A DNA stretch of 49,781 nucleotides. Source: an uncultured Rickettsiales bacterium. Its GTDB lineage: Bacteria; Pseudomonadota; Alphaproteobacteria; Rickettsiales; UBA8987. The position numbers were made by a program, and so were the translations under genes. Numbering within the stretch: position 1 is the first letter of the stretch; every line of letters begins with the position of its first letter. The stretch spans positions 27,927 to 77,707 of the forward strand of contig CAZLZP010000002.1 of NCBI GenBank assembly GCA_964564045.1, read 5' to 3'. Below, piece by piece: positions 19,768 to 29,580 of this stretch. The notes beneath the pieces are model-generated. The model did not search any database. It worked only from the letters and a program-made list of their open reading frames with translations, and was not told the origin of the DNA.

Positions 19768-20599
19768 CTGATTCCCTTTCTTCTTTGAACTTGGTGTACA
19801 TTTGCATTATTTGTGCACAGGTCTCTTCAACCGATTTGCGCGTAACATCTATTACCGGCCATTTATACTGTGCGTATAATTTCTTTGCCGCAAGTATCTC
19901 TTCGGCTATGCGTTCTTCATCAACATAATCGGTGCTGCTGGTTTCGTTCAGCGAAAGCAGGCGCGATTTACGAATTTGCTGCAAACGTTTTTGGTCAATT
20001 ATAAGGCCTATTACAAGCGGCTTGGTTACCTGGAACAGAATTTCCGGCAGTGGTACATTCTGCACTATAGGAACATTCGCTGCGTTCACGCCGCGGTTAG
20101 AAAGATAAACGCAGGTTGGTGTTTTAGAAGTGCGCGAAGGGCCAACCAGAATAATATCGGCTTCATCTAGCGTATCGGTTTCTTGGCCATCATCATGCGC
20201 AAGCGTGTAATGTATGGCGTCCATCTTCTCGAAATATTCTTCATCAAGTTCGTACTGACTGCCAACTTTTGCTTTTGCCTTTACGCCGAAGAATAATTGC
20301 ATTTCTTTGGTGGCGCGGTGCAGAACCGGAATGCATGGCAGCCTGTTCTTGCGACAGAAATTCAGCAGCATGGTTTGCAGTTCGGTATCTATAATGGTAA
20401 ATAATACCGGCCCAGGTTCAGCGGTTATTGCTTCAATAACACGTTCCAGGTGGCCTTTGGTGCGCACCAGCGCCCAGGTATGCTCTTCAACCTCTACCTC
20501 TTCAAATTGGCTCATTACCGCGCGCATAACCGAGTTCACCGTTTCTCCGGTGGAATCAGATATCATGTGAACGTGGAATATTTTTGGTTTATCAGACAA
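19760..20599 (-). CDS. Pyruvate,phosphate dikinase / PEP synthase regulatory protein (DUF299, PpsR-like)
   Basis: It shows FHVHMISDSTGET at the N-terminus and the P-loop-like GPSRTSKTP. Confidence 0.85.
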   Translation of the reverse strand: MSDKPKIFHVHMISDSTGETVNSVMRAVMSQFEEVEVEEHTWALVRTKGHLERVIEAITAEPGPVLFTIIDTELQTMLLNFCRKNRLPCIPVLHRATKEMQLFFGVKAKAKVGSQYELDEEYFEKMDAIHYTLAHDDGQETDTLDEADIILVGPSRTSKTPTCVYLSNRGVNAANVPIVQNVPLPEILFQVTKPLVIGLIIDQKRLQQIRKSRLLSLNETSSTDYVDEERIAEEILAAKKLYAQYKWPVIDVTRKSVEETCAQIMQMYTKFKEERESVE

Positions 20600-21590
20600 A
20601 GAACCCTACCGTTTCTTTTATTTCCTTCAAATTCTTTTCGGCAATTTCATTGGCCTTTTCAGCGCCAGCACGAAGTATTTTTTTCAAATGTTCTTTGTCG
20701 GCTTTTAATTTATTGAACTCAGTAGTTATCGGAGAAAGCTTTTCAACCGCCAGTTCTGCCAGTTCTTTTTTCAGATCAGAACTGCGCTTGCCTTCAAAAT
20801 GTTTATCGGCATCTTTCAAAGTTATATTCGCTAAAGCCGCATATATAGTTAACAAATTGGTAATATCAGGGCGTGTTTCTTTATTTGAAAATACTGTTGG
20901 TTCAGAATCACTTTTCGCTTTCTGGAACTTCTTGCGAATTGTATCTGCGTCATCAGAAAGGTTAATGCGCGAATAATCGCTTTCCTCGCTTTTGCTCATT
21001 TTACGGGTGCCATCATTCAGGCTCATCACCCTTGTTGCGGCGCCTTGTATAAGCGGTTCCGGTTGAGGGAATAATTTTGTTTTGTAATGACTGTTAAAAC
21101 TATTGGCTATATCTCTTGTTAATTCCAAGTGTTGTTTTTGATCTTCTCCAACAGGAACATGGGTAGCTTTATATAATAAAATATCTGCGGCCATTAGTAC
21201 TGGGTATGAATACAAACCTAGCATCGCAGATTCAGATTTTGTTTCATCTCCAGCCTTTTCTTTAAATTGCGTCATGCGGTTCAACCAACCAAGCGGAGTA
21301 TTACACCCCAATATCCAAGCTAGTTCGCTGTGAGCGCTAACAGCGCTTTGTGGGAAGATGATAGATTTTTCGGGGTTTATACCGCAGGCCAAAAATACCG
21401 CAGCAAGTTCCAGCGTGCTTTCGTATAAGGCCTTTGGGTCTTGCGGAACTGTTATGGCGTGCAGATCTACAATGCAGAAAATAGATTTATATTTGTTCTG
21501 AATATCAACCCAGTTCTTAATTGCACCCAGATAGTTACCTAAGTGCAGATTTCCGGTTGGTTGTACGCCTGAAAATACTAACTCACTCAT
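20592..21590 (-). CDS. trpS: Tryptophan--tRNA ligase
   Basis: It has GVQPTGNLHLGNYLGA (HIGH) and KMSKS. Confidence 0.95.
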   Translation of the reverse strand: MSELVFSGVQPTGNLHLGNYLGAIKNWVDIQNKYKSIFCIVDLHAITVPQDPKALYESTLELAAVFLACGINPEKSIIFPQSAVSAHSELAWILGCNTPLGWLNRMTQFKEKAGDETKSESAMLGLYSYPVLMAADILLYKATHVPVGEDQKQHLELTRDIANSFNSHYKTKLFPQPEPLIQGAATRVMSLNDGTRKMSKSEESDYSRINLSDDADTIRKKFQKAKSDSEPTVFSNKETRPDITNLLTIYAALANITLKDADKHFEGKRSSDLKKELAELAVEKLSPITTEFNKLKADKEHLKKILRAGAEKANEIAEKNLKEIKETVGFFV

Positions 21591-22442
21591 TTACCCAGCC
21601 TTCCTGCTTTTATGTGCGGGATATACTCCCAATAATTTTGTTTTTTTGCTGAAGAAGCCAAGCTCTTCAATGGCGCGCTGAACGTGCTTTTCGCTTGGGC
21701 TGCCTTCAAAACTAATGAAGAACTGCGCGCTTGCGCTTTCGCCTTCAGGTATATAACTTTCAAGTTTTATAATGTTCACGTTATTTGTAGCAAGGCCGCC
21801 AAGTGCTTTATACAGGCCCGCCGGAATATTGCGTGTGGTGAACATCATACTGGTGATTATCATTTTCTCTTTTTTCGGATCGGGGTCTACCGCATCGCGT
21901 GAGAATATCAGGAACAAAGTTGTGTTATCGTGGCTATCTTCAATGTTCGGTTTTAATATTTCCAGACCGTAAAGTTCCGCCGCCAGTTTAGAGCTTATCG
22001 CCGCTTTGCTTTTATCGCCCCACGTTGCAATATCTTTCGCAGCCAGCGCCGTGTTAGCATAACGCACCGGAGTAATACCCAGTTCTTTTATATTCTTAGC
22101 GCATTGCATTAGCGCCTGCGGGTGAGAATAAACTTCTTTTACATCACTCAGCTTTGCGCCTTTAACGCCCACTAAATAATGTTCAATTTTAAGGAAATGC
22201 TCGCCAATTATGCTAAGGCTGGTGCGTGGTATTATGTTATGAATTTCAGCAACCCTGCCGGCATAGCTGTTACCAATTGGTATCACGCAATATTTCGCTT
22301 TGCCTTCTTCTACGGCCTTGAAGGCATCTTCAAAGTCTTCGCAGGCCAGGGTTTTCATGTAGGGGTAGGCCTGGCGGCAAGCCACATCAGAATTTGCGCC
22401 AGCAGCGCCCTGAAATGCAATAATGTCCTTGTTTTCTGCCAT
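21591..22442 (-). CDS. pheA: Prephenate dehydratase (PDT + ACT domains)
   Basis: The start MAENKDIIAFQGAAGANSD is typical of PDT, and an ACT-like C-terminus follows. The ORF-track extension to 22721 is rejected. The stop codon abuts the trpS start with no spacer. Confidence 0.85.
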   Translation of the reverse strand: MAENKDIIAFQGAAGANSDVACRQAYPYMKTLACEDFEDAFKAVEEGKAKYCVIPIGNSYAGRVAEIHNIIPRTSLSIIGEHFLKIEHYLVGVKGAKLSDVKEVYSHPQALMQCAKNIKELGITPVRYANTALAAKDIATWGDKSKAAISSKLAAELYGLEILKPNIEDSHDNTTLFLIFSRDAVDPDPKKEKMIITSMMFTTRNIPAGLYKALGGLATNNVNIIKLESYIPEGESASAQFFISFEGSPSEKHVQRAIEELGFFSKKTKLLGVYPAHKSRKAG

Positions 22443-22515
22443 CTTTATACTAAATTTGTTGTTAAAACGCTTATAATGTGTATTTTTGCGTTTGTCACGA
22501 AATACGAATAGAAAT

Positions 22516-23886
22516 ATGGCACTGAAGAATAAAAACAAAAAACCTGTGGAGAACTGGTCTCCAGACTCTTGGCGCAAGCTTACAATAAGGCAGCAGCCCG
22601 AATACGCTGATGCGAAAAAGCTTGATGCGGTTCTGAAGGATTTAAAAGCATATCCTGCGCTTGTTACTCCGGGTGAGATACGCGCGCTTAAAAAACAACT
22701 GGCCGATGTTGCTAAAGGCAAAGCGTTCCTTCTACAAGGTGGTGATTGCGCTGAAAGCTTTGCTGAATTCCACCAGGATAACTTAACCAGTTACTTCCGT
22801 GTTATGCTGCAGATGACGGTTGCGTTAATGTATGGCGCTGGCAAACCTGTGGTGAAAGTTGGCCGTATTGCGGGCCAGTTCGCGAAACCGCGTTCTGATG
22901 CTACCGAAAAGAAAGGCGATAAAGAGCTTCCATCTTACCGTGGTGATATAATAAACCATATTGAATTTGAAGATGGTGCCAGAGCAAACAATCCGGAAAA
23001 TCTGGTGCGTGCTTATCACCAATCTGCGGCTACACTTAACTACTTACGTTCGCTTGCAACAGGCGGTTACTCTTCGCTTAAGAACGTTTCTAAATGGAAT
23101 GACGAGTTCCTTAGCAAATCTACACAAGGCAAACGCTTTGAAGGCATTGTTCATTCTATAGATGAATGTCAGAACTTCATGCGTGCCTGCGGTTTAACCA
23201 CTGAAAATATGAGCCAGCTTCAACAGGCCGATTTCTTCGTTTCGCATGAGGGCTTGTTACTTCCTTATGAAGAACAGTTTGTGCAGTATGAAAGCAAAGC
23301 GAAAGAATATTATGCTTGTTCAGCGCACATGCTTTGGATAGGTGATAGAACCCGCAATTTGGATGAAGCACATATTGAATTCTTCCGTGGAATTGCAAAC
23401 CCAATTGCGTGCAAAGTTGGCCCTTCAATGAAGGCCGATGAACTTATAAAACTTATCGATGTTCTGAACCCGAACAACGAAGAAGGTCGCTTAACGCTTA
23501 TTTCCCGTATGGGCCATAACAAGGTGGAAGATATTCTGCCAAGCCTGGTTCGCATTGTGAAAGAGAACGGCAAAAATGTTATCTGGAGCTGTGACCCAAT
23601 GCATGGCAATACTATAAAATCTCCGAACGGTTTCAAAACACGTCCGTTCAACGATATTCTTTCTGAACTGAAAAGTTTCTTCAACGTTGTGGAATCGGAA
23701 GGTTCGTACCCGGGTGGTGTTCACTTTGAAATGACAGGGCAGGATGTTACTGAATGCACCGGTGGTTCTCAGGCTATTACGGAAGTTGACCTGAAAGACA
23801 GATACCACACGCACTGCGACCCACGCCTGAATGCTTCACAAGCCCTTGAATTGGCGTTCTTAATTGCGGAAGAACTTAAGAATTAA
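22516..23886 (+). CDS. 3-deoxy-7-phosphoheptulonate (DAHP) synthase, class II
   Basis: It contains WSPDSWR...QQPEY, LLQGGDCAESF, AGQFAKPRS and the length (~456 aa) typical of class II AroA. It is divergent from pheA. Confidence 0.9.
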   Translation: MALKNKNKKPVENWSPDSWRKLTIRQQPEYADAKKLDAVLKDLKAYPALVTPGEIRALKKQLADVAKGKAFLLQGGDCAESFAEFHQDNLTSYFRVMLQMTVALMYGAGKPVVKVGRIAGQFAKPRSDATEKKGDKELPSYRGDIINHIEFEDGARANNPENLVRAYHQSAATLNYLRSLATGGYSSLKNVSKWNDEFLSKSTQGKRFEGIVHSIDECQNFMRACGLTTENMSQLQQADFFVSHEGLLLPYEEQFVQYESKAKEYYACSAHMLWIGDRTRNLDEAHIEFFRGIANPIACKVGPSMKADELIKLIDVLNPNNEEGRLTLISRMGHNKVEDILPSLVRIVKENGKNVIWSCDPMHGNTIKSPNGFKTRPFNDILSELKSFFNVVESEGSYPGGVHFEMTGQDVTECTGGSQAITEVDLKDRYHTHCDPRLNASQALELAFLIAEELKN

Positions 23887-23941
23887 TGAATTGCTTCAAA
23901 GGCCCTAATGCTGTATAATCTAGCTAAGTATCTGAGGGGGT

Positions 23942-24811
23942 ATGAAAGCACTAACTGTACATATTAATGGCGAAACCAATAAGGAAGATCTGGTATCTCT
24001 CCTAACTCCATTGCTTTCAACTCAACCGAAAGAGTATACTAACCCAAATTCTCCAGATAACTGGAAGCCTGTAATGGCTTTAGAAGAAAAAGCTTTTAAG
24101 GAAGGTCTGGAAAAGGAAGTTCCTAAAGAAATAATAGATTTTTGTGAATGGTGTATAGATAACGGCGTATCAATAACTTTATCGCGAAAATATATAACAA
24201 ATAGTTGCGAGGCGGCAGTAAAAGCAAGGAATGAAATTTTAGGTCTTGAACTAAAAACCCATAACGAAATAAAAATGATAGTGTTTGATCTTCTGCAGGA
24301 AAATCTTGGTCCCGGTCTCAAAAATGCTCCAATAGAATTAAAATATAAAAAAGTACAGGTTGGTGTAGTATTTGAAGCAGATGATGATCTGCTAAAAAAT
24401 GCTGGCGGACATCTAGATGAAAAGAAAATATTAAAATATCTTTGTCAGTGTACAGGTAATAAATATGCAAAACTGGTCAAGGCAGTAGATAAGGTTCATG
24501 GCAGGCAAGAGCCAATATCGTTTATGAAAAATAACCCAGATGGAATTCTGGTAATCGATCATCAGGTTGTAGATAAAGACATCAGGCGTTCTAACAATGC
24601 TGGTGGTTTAGGTACATACACTGTAATTTTTGATAACTTTAAACATGCGCTGGAAATGGCTGCAAAGAACTATCAGGTTTTTGTAGCTAAAAACCTAGTA
24701 GAGAAAGAGAATTCATTAAAAGGAATTGCACGTTGCATAATGCCTGGTTTTGGATGGGGGGATATGATAGAGAACGCAAGAAAACACAGTGAAGAGATAC
24801 AGATAGGCTAG
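23942..24811 (+). CDS. Orphan hypothetical protein (289 aa)
   Basis: It is an AT-rich ORF with a good SD (GAGGGGG) 1-2 nt before the ATG and a plausible promoter (TTGCTT-N17-TATAAT, with TGc directly 5' of the -10 = extended -10). I recognise no family, signal peptide or TM segment. Confidence 0.6.
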   Translation: MKALTVHINGETNKEDLVSLLTPLLSTQPKEYTNPNSPDNWKPVMALEEKAFKEGLEKEVPKEIIDFCEWCIDNGVSITLSRKYITNSCEAAVKARNEILGLELKTHNEIKMIVFDLLQENLGPGLKNAPIELKYKKVQVGVVFEADDDLLKNAGGHLDEKKILKYLCQCTGNKYAKLVKAVDKVHGRQEPISFMKNNPDGILVIDHQVVDKDIRRSNNAGGLGTYTVIFDNFKHALEMAAKNYQVFVAKNLVEKENSLKGIARCIMPGFGWGDMIENARKHSEEIQIG

Positions 24812-25332
24812 CCCTTCTTCTTGGCCTTCGCTGCTGTGGCCACGTAATCCATTATTGCAAGCAAAACGCCGGAAAGAACAAACACAACGTGAATTATAAC
24901 CATCCACTTAATTTCAACTTCAGTATATTTTGTAACGCCCATAAAAACCTTCAGCAGGTGAATACCAGATATTGCAACAATAGAAGCGATAAGTTTTAGC
25001 TTTAGCGTGTTGAAATCTACCGTGCCTTTCCATTCTGGCTGGTCTTTGTGGTCGGGTATATCCATTTTGGAAACGAAGTTCTCGTAGCCCGAGAATATAA
25101 CTATTATCATCAGGTTTCCGGCCAGAGATATATCTATAAGTGCAAGGCAGCCAAGAATTGCATCGTTTGCGCTAAGGCTGTTAACATTCAGTAAAAGATG
25201 GTAAAGCTCGTTCACAAAAGTAACCAGCAGAACAGCTAATGCGCCAACCAGCCCAATGTAGAATGGGGCCATTATCCAGCGGCTTGCGAACAGGCCATTT
25301 TCAATAAATCTTTCAACTTTATTCTGCGACAT
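24808..25332 (-). CDS. yqhA: UPF0114 (YqhA, TIGR00645) family membrane protein
   Basis: The N-terminus MSQNKVERFIENGLFASRWIMAPFYIGL is typical of YqhA. It has 3-4 TM segments. Confidence 0.8.
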   Translation of the reverse strand: MSQNKVERFIENGLFASRWIMAPFYIGLVGALAVLLVTFVNELYHLLLNVNSLSANDAILGCLALIDISLAGNLMIIVIFSGYENFVSKMDIPDHKDQPEWKGTVDFNTLKLKLIASIVAISGIHLLKVFMGVTKYTEVEIKWMVIIHVVFVLSGVLLAIMDYVATAAKAKKKG

Positions 25333-25368
25333 CACACCAATATAGTTAAAGTTTCTTAAGCACAATTA

Positions 25369-27192
25369 TTAGCCGGCTTTACTTTCCTTCTCAGCGCGCT
25401 TACGCACGTTCGGATCAAGGTGGCGTTTACGCAGGCGTAAACTTTTCGGAGTAACTTCCACAAGCTCGTCATCGTTTATATAGCTCATCATTTCTTCCAA
25501 AGTCATTTTGCGAGGCGGAACCAGAACAACTGCTTCATCAGCGCTTGTTGTACGAATGTTGGTAAGCTGTTTGCCTTTCAGAACGTTTATTTCAAGGTCG
25601 GAATCGCGTGAATTCTCACCCACTATCATGCCCTGATAAACTTTATCCTGGTGGCCAATGAACATAGTGCCTCTATCCTGAAGCTTGAATATTGCATACG
25701 CAACTGCTTCACCAATATCGGTAGAGATAAGCGTACCTTTCATGCGTTCGCCAACTTCACCTTTGAACGGAGCGTAACCATGGAATATACGGTTCATTAC
25801 ACCTGTACCTTTGGTGTCTGTCATGAATTCGCCCTGGTAACCAATAAGCCCGCGTGAAGGTGCGTGGAACACGATACGTGTTTTACCGCCAGCTGCAGTT
25901 CTCATTTCTTTCATTTCGGCTTTTCTGCGGTTCATTTTATCAATAACTGTACCGCTGTAAGCTTCATCAACATCTATCACCACTTCTTCAATTGGTTCTA
26001 GCAAGTTGCCGGCAGCATCTTTCTGGAACACCACTTTCGGGCGAGAGATAGAAAGTTCAAAACCTTCACGGCGCATATTTTCAATTAGTACGCCAAGCTG
26101 TAATTCGCCACGGCCGCTAACTGTTATTGCATCTTTTCCTGCTTCTTCGCTAACACGAATGGCAACGTTTGTTTCGCCTTCAGCAAGTAGTCTTTCGCGA
26201 ATTAAAGTTGAGGTAACTTTTTTACCTTCTTTACCTGCGAACGGAGAATCGTTCACGGTAATTGTTATAGATATTGTTGGTGGATCGATAGGTGTAGATT
26301 TGATAGGCTCGTTTATTGAAGGATCGCAGATAGTATCAGAAACGTGTACTTTTTCCATACCCGCAACGCAAATGATATCACCCGCAACTGCTTCATCTAT
26401 GGCAACTCGTTCAAGCCCGCGGAAGCCGAATAATTTAGTTAAACGGAAATTTTCTACCAGTTCGCCATTAAGGTTAATTGCTTTAACTGCAGTATTCATT
26501 TTAGCCTTACCGCTGTAAACTTTACCGGTTAGCGTACGGCCAAGGAATGAATCGTAGCCAAGTAATGTTGAAAGCATAGAGAACGGAGCATCATCATCAG
26601 CTGTTGGCGCCGGAACATGTTTAACAACAAGATCAAGCAGGCCATGAAGATTTTCGCGAGGGTCGTTCAAATCATTCACTGCCCAGCCGTTACGGCCAGA
26701 TGCATACATTGTGGGGAAATCTAATTGTTCATCAGAAGCTTCCAAAGATACGAAAAGATCGAACACTTCATCAAGAACTTCATCAGGGCGGGCATCGCTT
26801 CTATCAATTTTGTTGATAACAACAATAGGGCGAATTCCCTGGCGCAGGGCCTTACCAAGTACGAATTTAGTTTGGGGTAATGGGCCTTCTGCAGAATCGC
26901 AAAGCAGTATAACGCCATCAGCCATGTTCAGAATACGTTCCACCTCACCACCGAAATCGGCGTGGCCTGGGGTATCAATAATGTTAATTTTATAATCTTT
27001 CCAAGTAATAGAGGTTGGTTTTGCAAGAATTGTTATTCCTCGCTCGCGTTCCTGGTCGTTGCTGTCCATTGCGCATTCTTCAACCTTCTGGTTCTCACGG
27101 AAAGTTCCGCTTTGTTTCAATAGGTTATCAACCAGCGTTGTTTTACCATGATCTACGTGTGCAATAATTGCGATATTTCTTATATGTTTCAT
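25369..27192 (-). CDS. typA: Translational GTPase TypA/BipA
   Basis: It contains IRNIAIIAHVDHGKTTL, DTPGHADF and NKID, with an EF-G-like domain layout. Confidence 0.95.
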   Translation of the reverse strand: MKHIRNIAIIAHVDHGKTTLVDNLLKQSGTFRENQKVEECAMDSNDQERERGITILAKPTSITWKDYKINIIDTPGHADFGGEVERILNMADGVILLCDSAEGPLPQTKFVLGKALRQGIRPIVVINKIDRSDARPDEVLDEVFDLFVSLEASDEQLDFPTMYASGRNGWAVNDLNDPRENLHGLLDLVVKHVPAPTADDDAPFSMLSTLLGYDSFLGRTLTGKVYSGKAKMNTAVKAINLNGELVENFRLTKLFGFRGLERVAIDEAVAGDIICVAGMEKVHVSDTICDPSINEPIKSTPIDPPTISITITVNDSPFAGKEGKKVTSTLIRERLLAEGETNVAIRVSEEAGKDAITVSGRGELQLGVLIENMRREGFELSISRPKVVFQKDAAGNLLEPIEEVVIDVDEAYSGTVIDKMNRRKAEMKEMRTAAGGKTRIVFHAPSRGLIGYQGEFMTDTKGTGVMNRIFHGYAPFKGEVGERMKGTLISTDIGEAVAYAIFKLQDRGTMFIGHQDKVYQGMIVGENSRDSDLEINVLKGKQLTNIRTTSADEAVVLVPPRKMTLEEMMSYINDDELVEVTPKSLRLRKRHLDPNVRKRAEKESKAG

Positions 27193-27277
27193 TATTTCCC
27201 GATTGTTTAAGTTCCGCGCGCATATACCACGGAATATCAGGAATAGCTAGGAGAAAGTGAGATTTTATCGTAAAAAT

Positions 27278-27637
27278 CTAAGCTCTGCGTGCAGGAGCTA
27301 CTTCAGCAGATGGCGCTTCACCAGATCTTTCTTTTTCTATTCTGGCAGCATGATCAGTTCTTTTTGGCTGATAATGAAGGTCGTCGGCTTCTTGTTCGTT
27401 AAATGAACCAAGCTCTCTATGGCTTCTAGGTTCTATCGTTTTTGGCGCATCAGGCCTCTTCCATATTAAATCAGTAACTCCGATAGCATTAGTTATAGGA
27501 GAAAGAATTTTTTTTGCTAGGCTCGATATTTTACCTACTATACTCAAACTAGGAGTTTCCTGTTTTTTTGACCCAGCTCTTGCGGCTGCAATGGCTTGTT
27601 CTTCTCTTTGTTCTAAATCATCAAGTTCTAGTGCCAT
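27278..27637 (-). CDS. Orphan small charged/disordered protein (119 aa)
   Basis: It has an SD (AGGGGAG) 6 nt before the ATG and lies behind promoter copy E. The sequence is low-complexity and charged, with one amphipathic stretch (IVGKISSLAKKILSPITNAIG). Confidence 0.55.
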   Translation of the reverse strand: MALELDDLEQREEQAIAAARAGSKKQETPSLSIVGKISSLAKKILSPITNAIGVTDLIWKRPDAPKTIEPRSHRELGSFNEQEADDLHYQPKRTDHAARIEKERSGEAPSAEVAPARRA

Positions 27638-27672
27638 ATTTACTCCCCTTAAATTAAATTTTTTCTTGTTTC

Positions 27673-27705
27673 ATTATAACCTAAAAAGGTTAATAAATCG
27701 TTAAC
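27673..27705 (-). promoter_or_regulatory. Composite promoter, copy E (minus strand): GTTAACGATTT-ATTAACCTTTT-TAGGT-TATAAT
   Basis: The reverse complement of 27673..27705 has the same 33-nt geometry. It lies 35 nt upstream of the ATG at 27637. Confidence 0.75.
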
Positions 27706-27720
27706 GAAAATCAAATAATA

Positions 27721-28635
27721 CTATTCTGCTGAATTTGCAAGGGTTTTTGCCCTTAAATTTGAAATAATTATCCCTGAAAGTACCAGAACAAAGCCCACAA
27801 TATGATACTTATAAAAATGCTCACCCAGGTAAATTATTGAAAGTATGCCGCTAAATATTGGCATTGTGTAATAAAGCAGCGATGTTTTAACAGCGCCTAT
27901 CATGAAAACCGATTTATTGAATAAGTACCATGCCATTACCGAAGAACCTATGGCGGCGTATAAATATACATATAAAGCGTTCATGGAAAACGGTGTGTAG
28001 CCAATGAAATAAACCTCAGCCGCAAAAAGTGGCGTAAGCAGAAGTAGGCCGAAGAACGTGTTAACTATCATTAAAAAGAACATGTTCATTTGCGGGTGGC
28101 GGAATTTTAGCATAAGCGAGTAGAACGACCAGCCGAAGCTAGCGATGATAACAATTATATCGCCCTTGTTAAATTGCATATCTAGAATGCCCAGGTAATT
28201 TCCCTTCAGAACGATCGTTAGCGCGCCAATGAATGCAATAAAAACACCTGCTATTTTATATTTGTTCAGTGGTTCCACTTTGAATAATCCGGCGAAGAAA
28301 AGTGTCCAGATAGGGCTGGTGGCGGCAAGCAGGGAAATATTATTTGCCGTGGTATAATGTGCGGCCTTGTAAATTAGCGTGTTGAAAACCCCAACGCCTA
28401 TAAGGCCCATCCATATATACGGTTTTGGGTTTTGTTTTACGTAAACTATGTTTGTTTTGTAGTGCGGCAACGCCAAAGGCAGCAGGCACAGAAAAGTTAT
28501 GAACCAGCGCCAGAAGGCGAAACCTATCGGGTTCATCCAATCATTCACGCCGCGCGCAACCACAAAGTTCCCGCTCCACAATATGCAGGCAAGTAGTGCA
28601 AGTGTTACGGCAACTAATGTATTATTGTTTTTCAT
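27721..28635 (-). CDS. DMT (EamA) family transporter
   Basis: It is a 10-TM EamA-type protein and a tandem paralog of 28622..29539 (shared blocks VVARG/VVARY, W.NP/W.DP, FWRW/FWRF, NKYK.AG.F.A). Confidence 0.8.
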   Translation of the reverse strand: MKNNNTLVAVTLALLACILWSGNFVVARGVNDWMNPIGFAFWRWFITFLCLLPLALPHYKTNIVYVKQNPKPYIWMGLIGVGVFNTLIYKAAHYTTANNISLLAATSPIWTLFFAGLFKVEPLNKYKIAGVFIAFIGALTIVLKGNYLGILDMQFNKGDIIVIIASFGWSFYSLMLKFRHPQMNMFFLMIVNTFFGLLLLTPLFAAEVYFIGYTPFSMNALYVYLYAAIGSSVMAWYLFNKSVFMIGAVKTSLLYYTMPIFSGILSIIYLGEHFYKYHIVGFVLVLSGIIISNLRAKTLANSAE

Positions 28636-29539
28636 TTATTTTCAAATTCGAAATAAAAATTCCGCTTACTATTAGAACAAATCCGTAAATATGGAATGAA
28701 TATATTCCTTCGCTTAGGAATATATATCCCATAATAGCGCTTAACACCGGCAGCAGGTAAAGCACAATTGAAGTTCTAACCGGGCCGATAACAGAAACGC
28801 TGTAATTATAACTTAGCCACGAAATTACCGACGCAAATATACCTATATATAAGTATGCGTAAACCGATCTGGCATCAAGCGTTGGCAGTCCGGCTGAATA
28901 AACATATGTTAAATAAAGCGGCAGTAGCCCAAGTAGCCCGAAGAATATCATTGCGGCAAGCATGAAGCTGTTATCCATATCTTTGTGTTTCAGTTTTAGC
29001 AATATTGTGTAAATGCCCCAAATGGCTTCTGCCACCAGTATCACAACATCACCCACGCCGAAATTCATGTGAATAAAGTTGCCAAAATTACCCTTCAGAA
29101 TAATTATCAGCGCACCAAAGCCTGCGGTAAAAATTCCGGCAACCTTGTATTTGTTCAGAATTTCCAGCTTTGTAATTGCGCCTATTATTGCGGTCCAGAT
29201 AAGTGAAGTGGTTCCAAGCAGCGCAAGATTATTCACCGATGTAAAATGTGCGGCAGTAAAATACAAAAGGTTCTTCAGCGTTATTGCTGTGAAACCCATC
29301 CATATATATATTCTGGGGTTTTGTTTCAGCAGCGCTAAATTCTTCCTGAAATTCTTGGTTATAAACGGAATTAAAATTACCAACGCGATCACAAATCGCC
29401 AGAAGGCAACACTAACGGGGTCCATCCAGCCAGATATGTATCTGGCCACAACGTTGTTAGAAGCCCATATAAGGCATGCTAAAAGTGCCATAAAAAGCGC
29501 TAACAGAACTTTTTTGTTTTCTTTTTCCATGTAATTCAA
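28622..29539 (-). CDS. DMT (EamA) family transporter
   Basis: It is a 10-TM EamA-type protein that overlaps the downstream paralog by 14 nt. Confidence 0.8.
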   Translation of the reverse strand: MNYMEKENKKVLLALFMALLACLIWASNNVVARYISGWMDPVSVAFWRFVIALVILIPFITKNFRKNLALLKQNPRIYIWMGFTAITLKNLLYFTAAHFTSVNNLALLGTTSLIWTAIIGAITKLEILNKYKVAGIFTAGFGALIIILKGNFGNFIHMNFGVGDVVILVAEAIWGIYTILLKLKHKDMDNSFMLAAMIFFGLLGLLPLYLTYVYSAGLPTLDARSVYAYLYIGIFASVISWLSYNYSVSVIGPVRTSIVLYLLPVLSAIMGYIFLSEGIYSFHIYGFVLIVSGIFISNLKINEKQ

Positions 29540-29580
29540 TAGTATCCAAGCTTGTTCGTAAAATCCTTATAAGGAGTCTT

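Noticed and set aside
22443-22721. 93-codon N-terminal extension of the pheA ORF in the track (start at 22721)
   Set aside because: The extension is hydrophobic, low-complexity and unlike PDT. It overlaps the divergent DAHP synthase gene and its promoter region. The canonical PDT N-terminus begins at the ATG at 22442.
26006-26518. Long antisense ORFs inside typA, the ABC ATPase (37356-37802), hflK (14573-15121), maeB (several), mnmG (34291-34683) and others
   Set aside because: Each lies wholly within a well-supported conserved gene on the other strand and has no recognisable family or translation signals.
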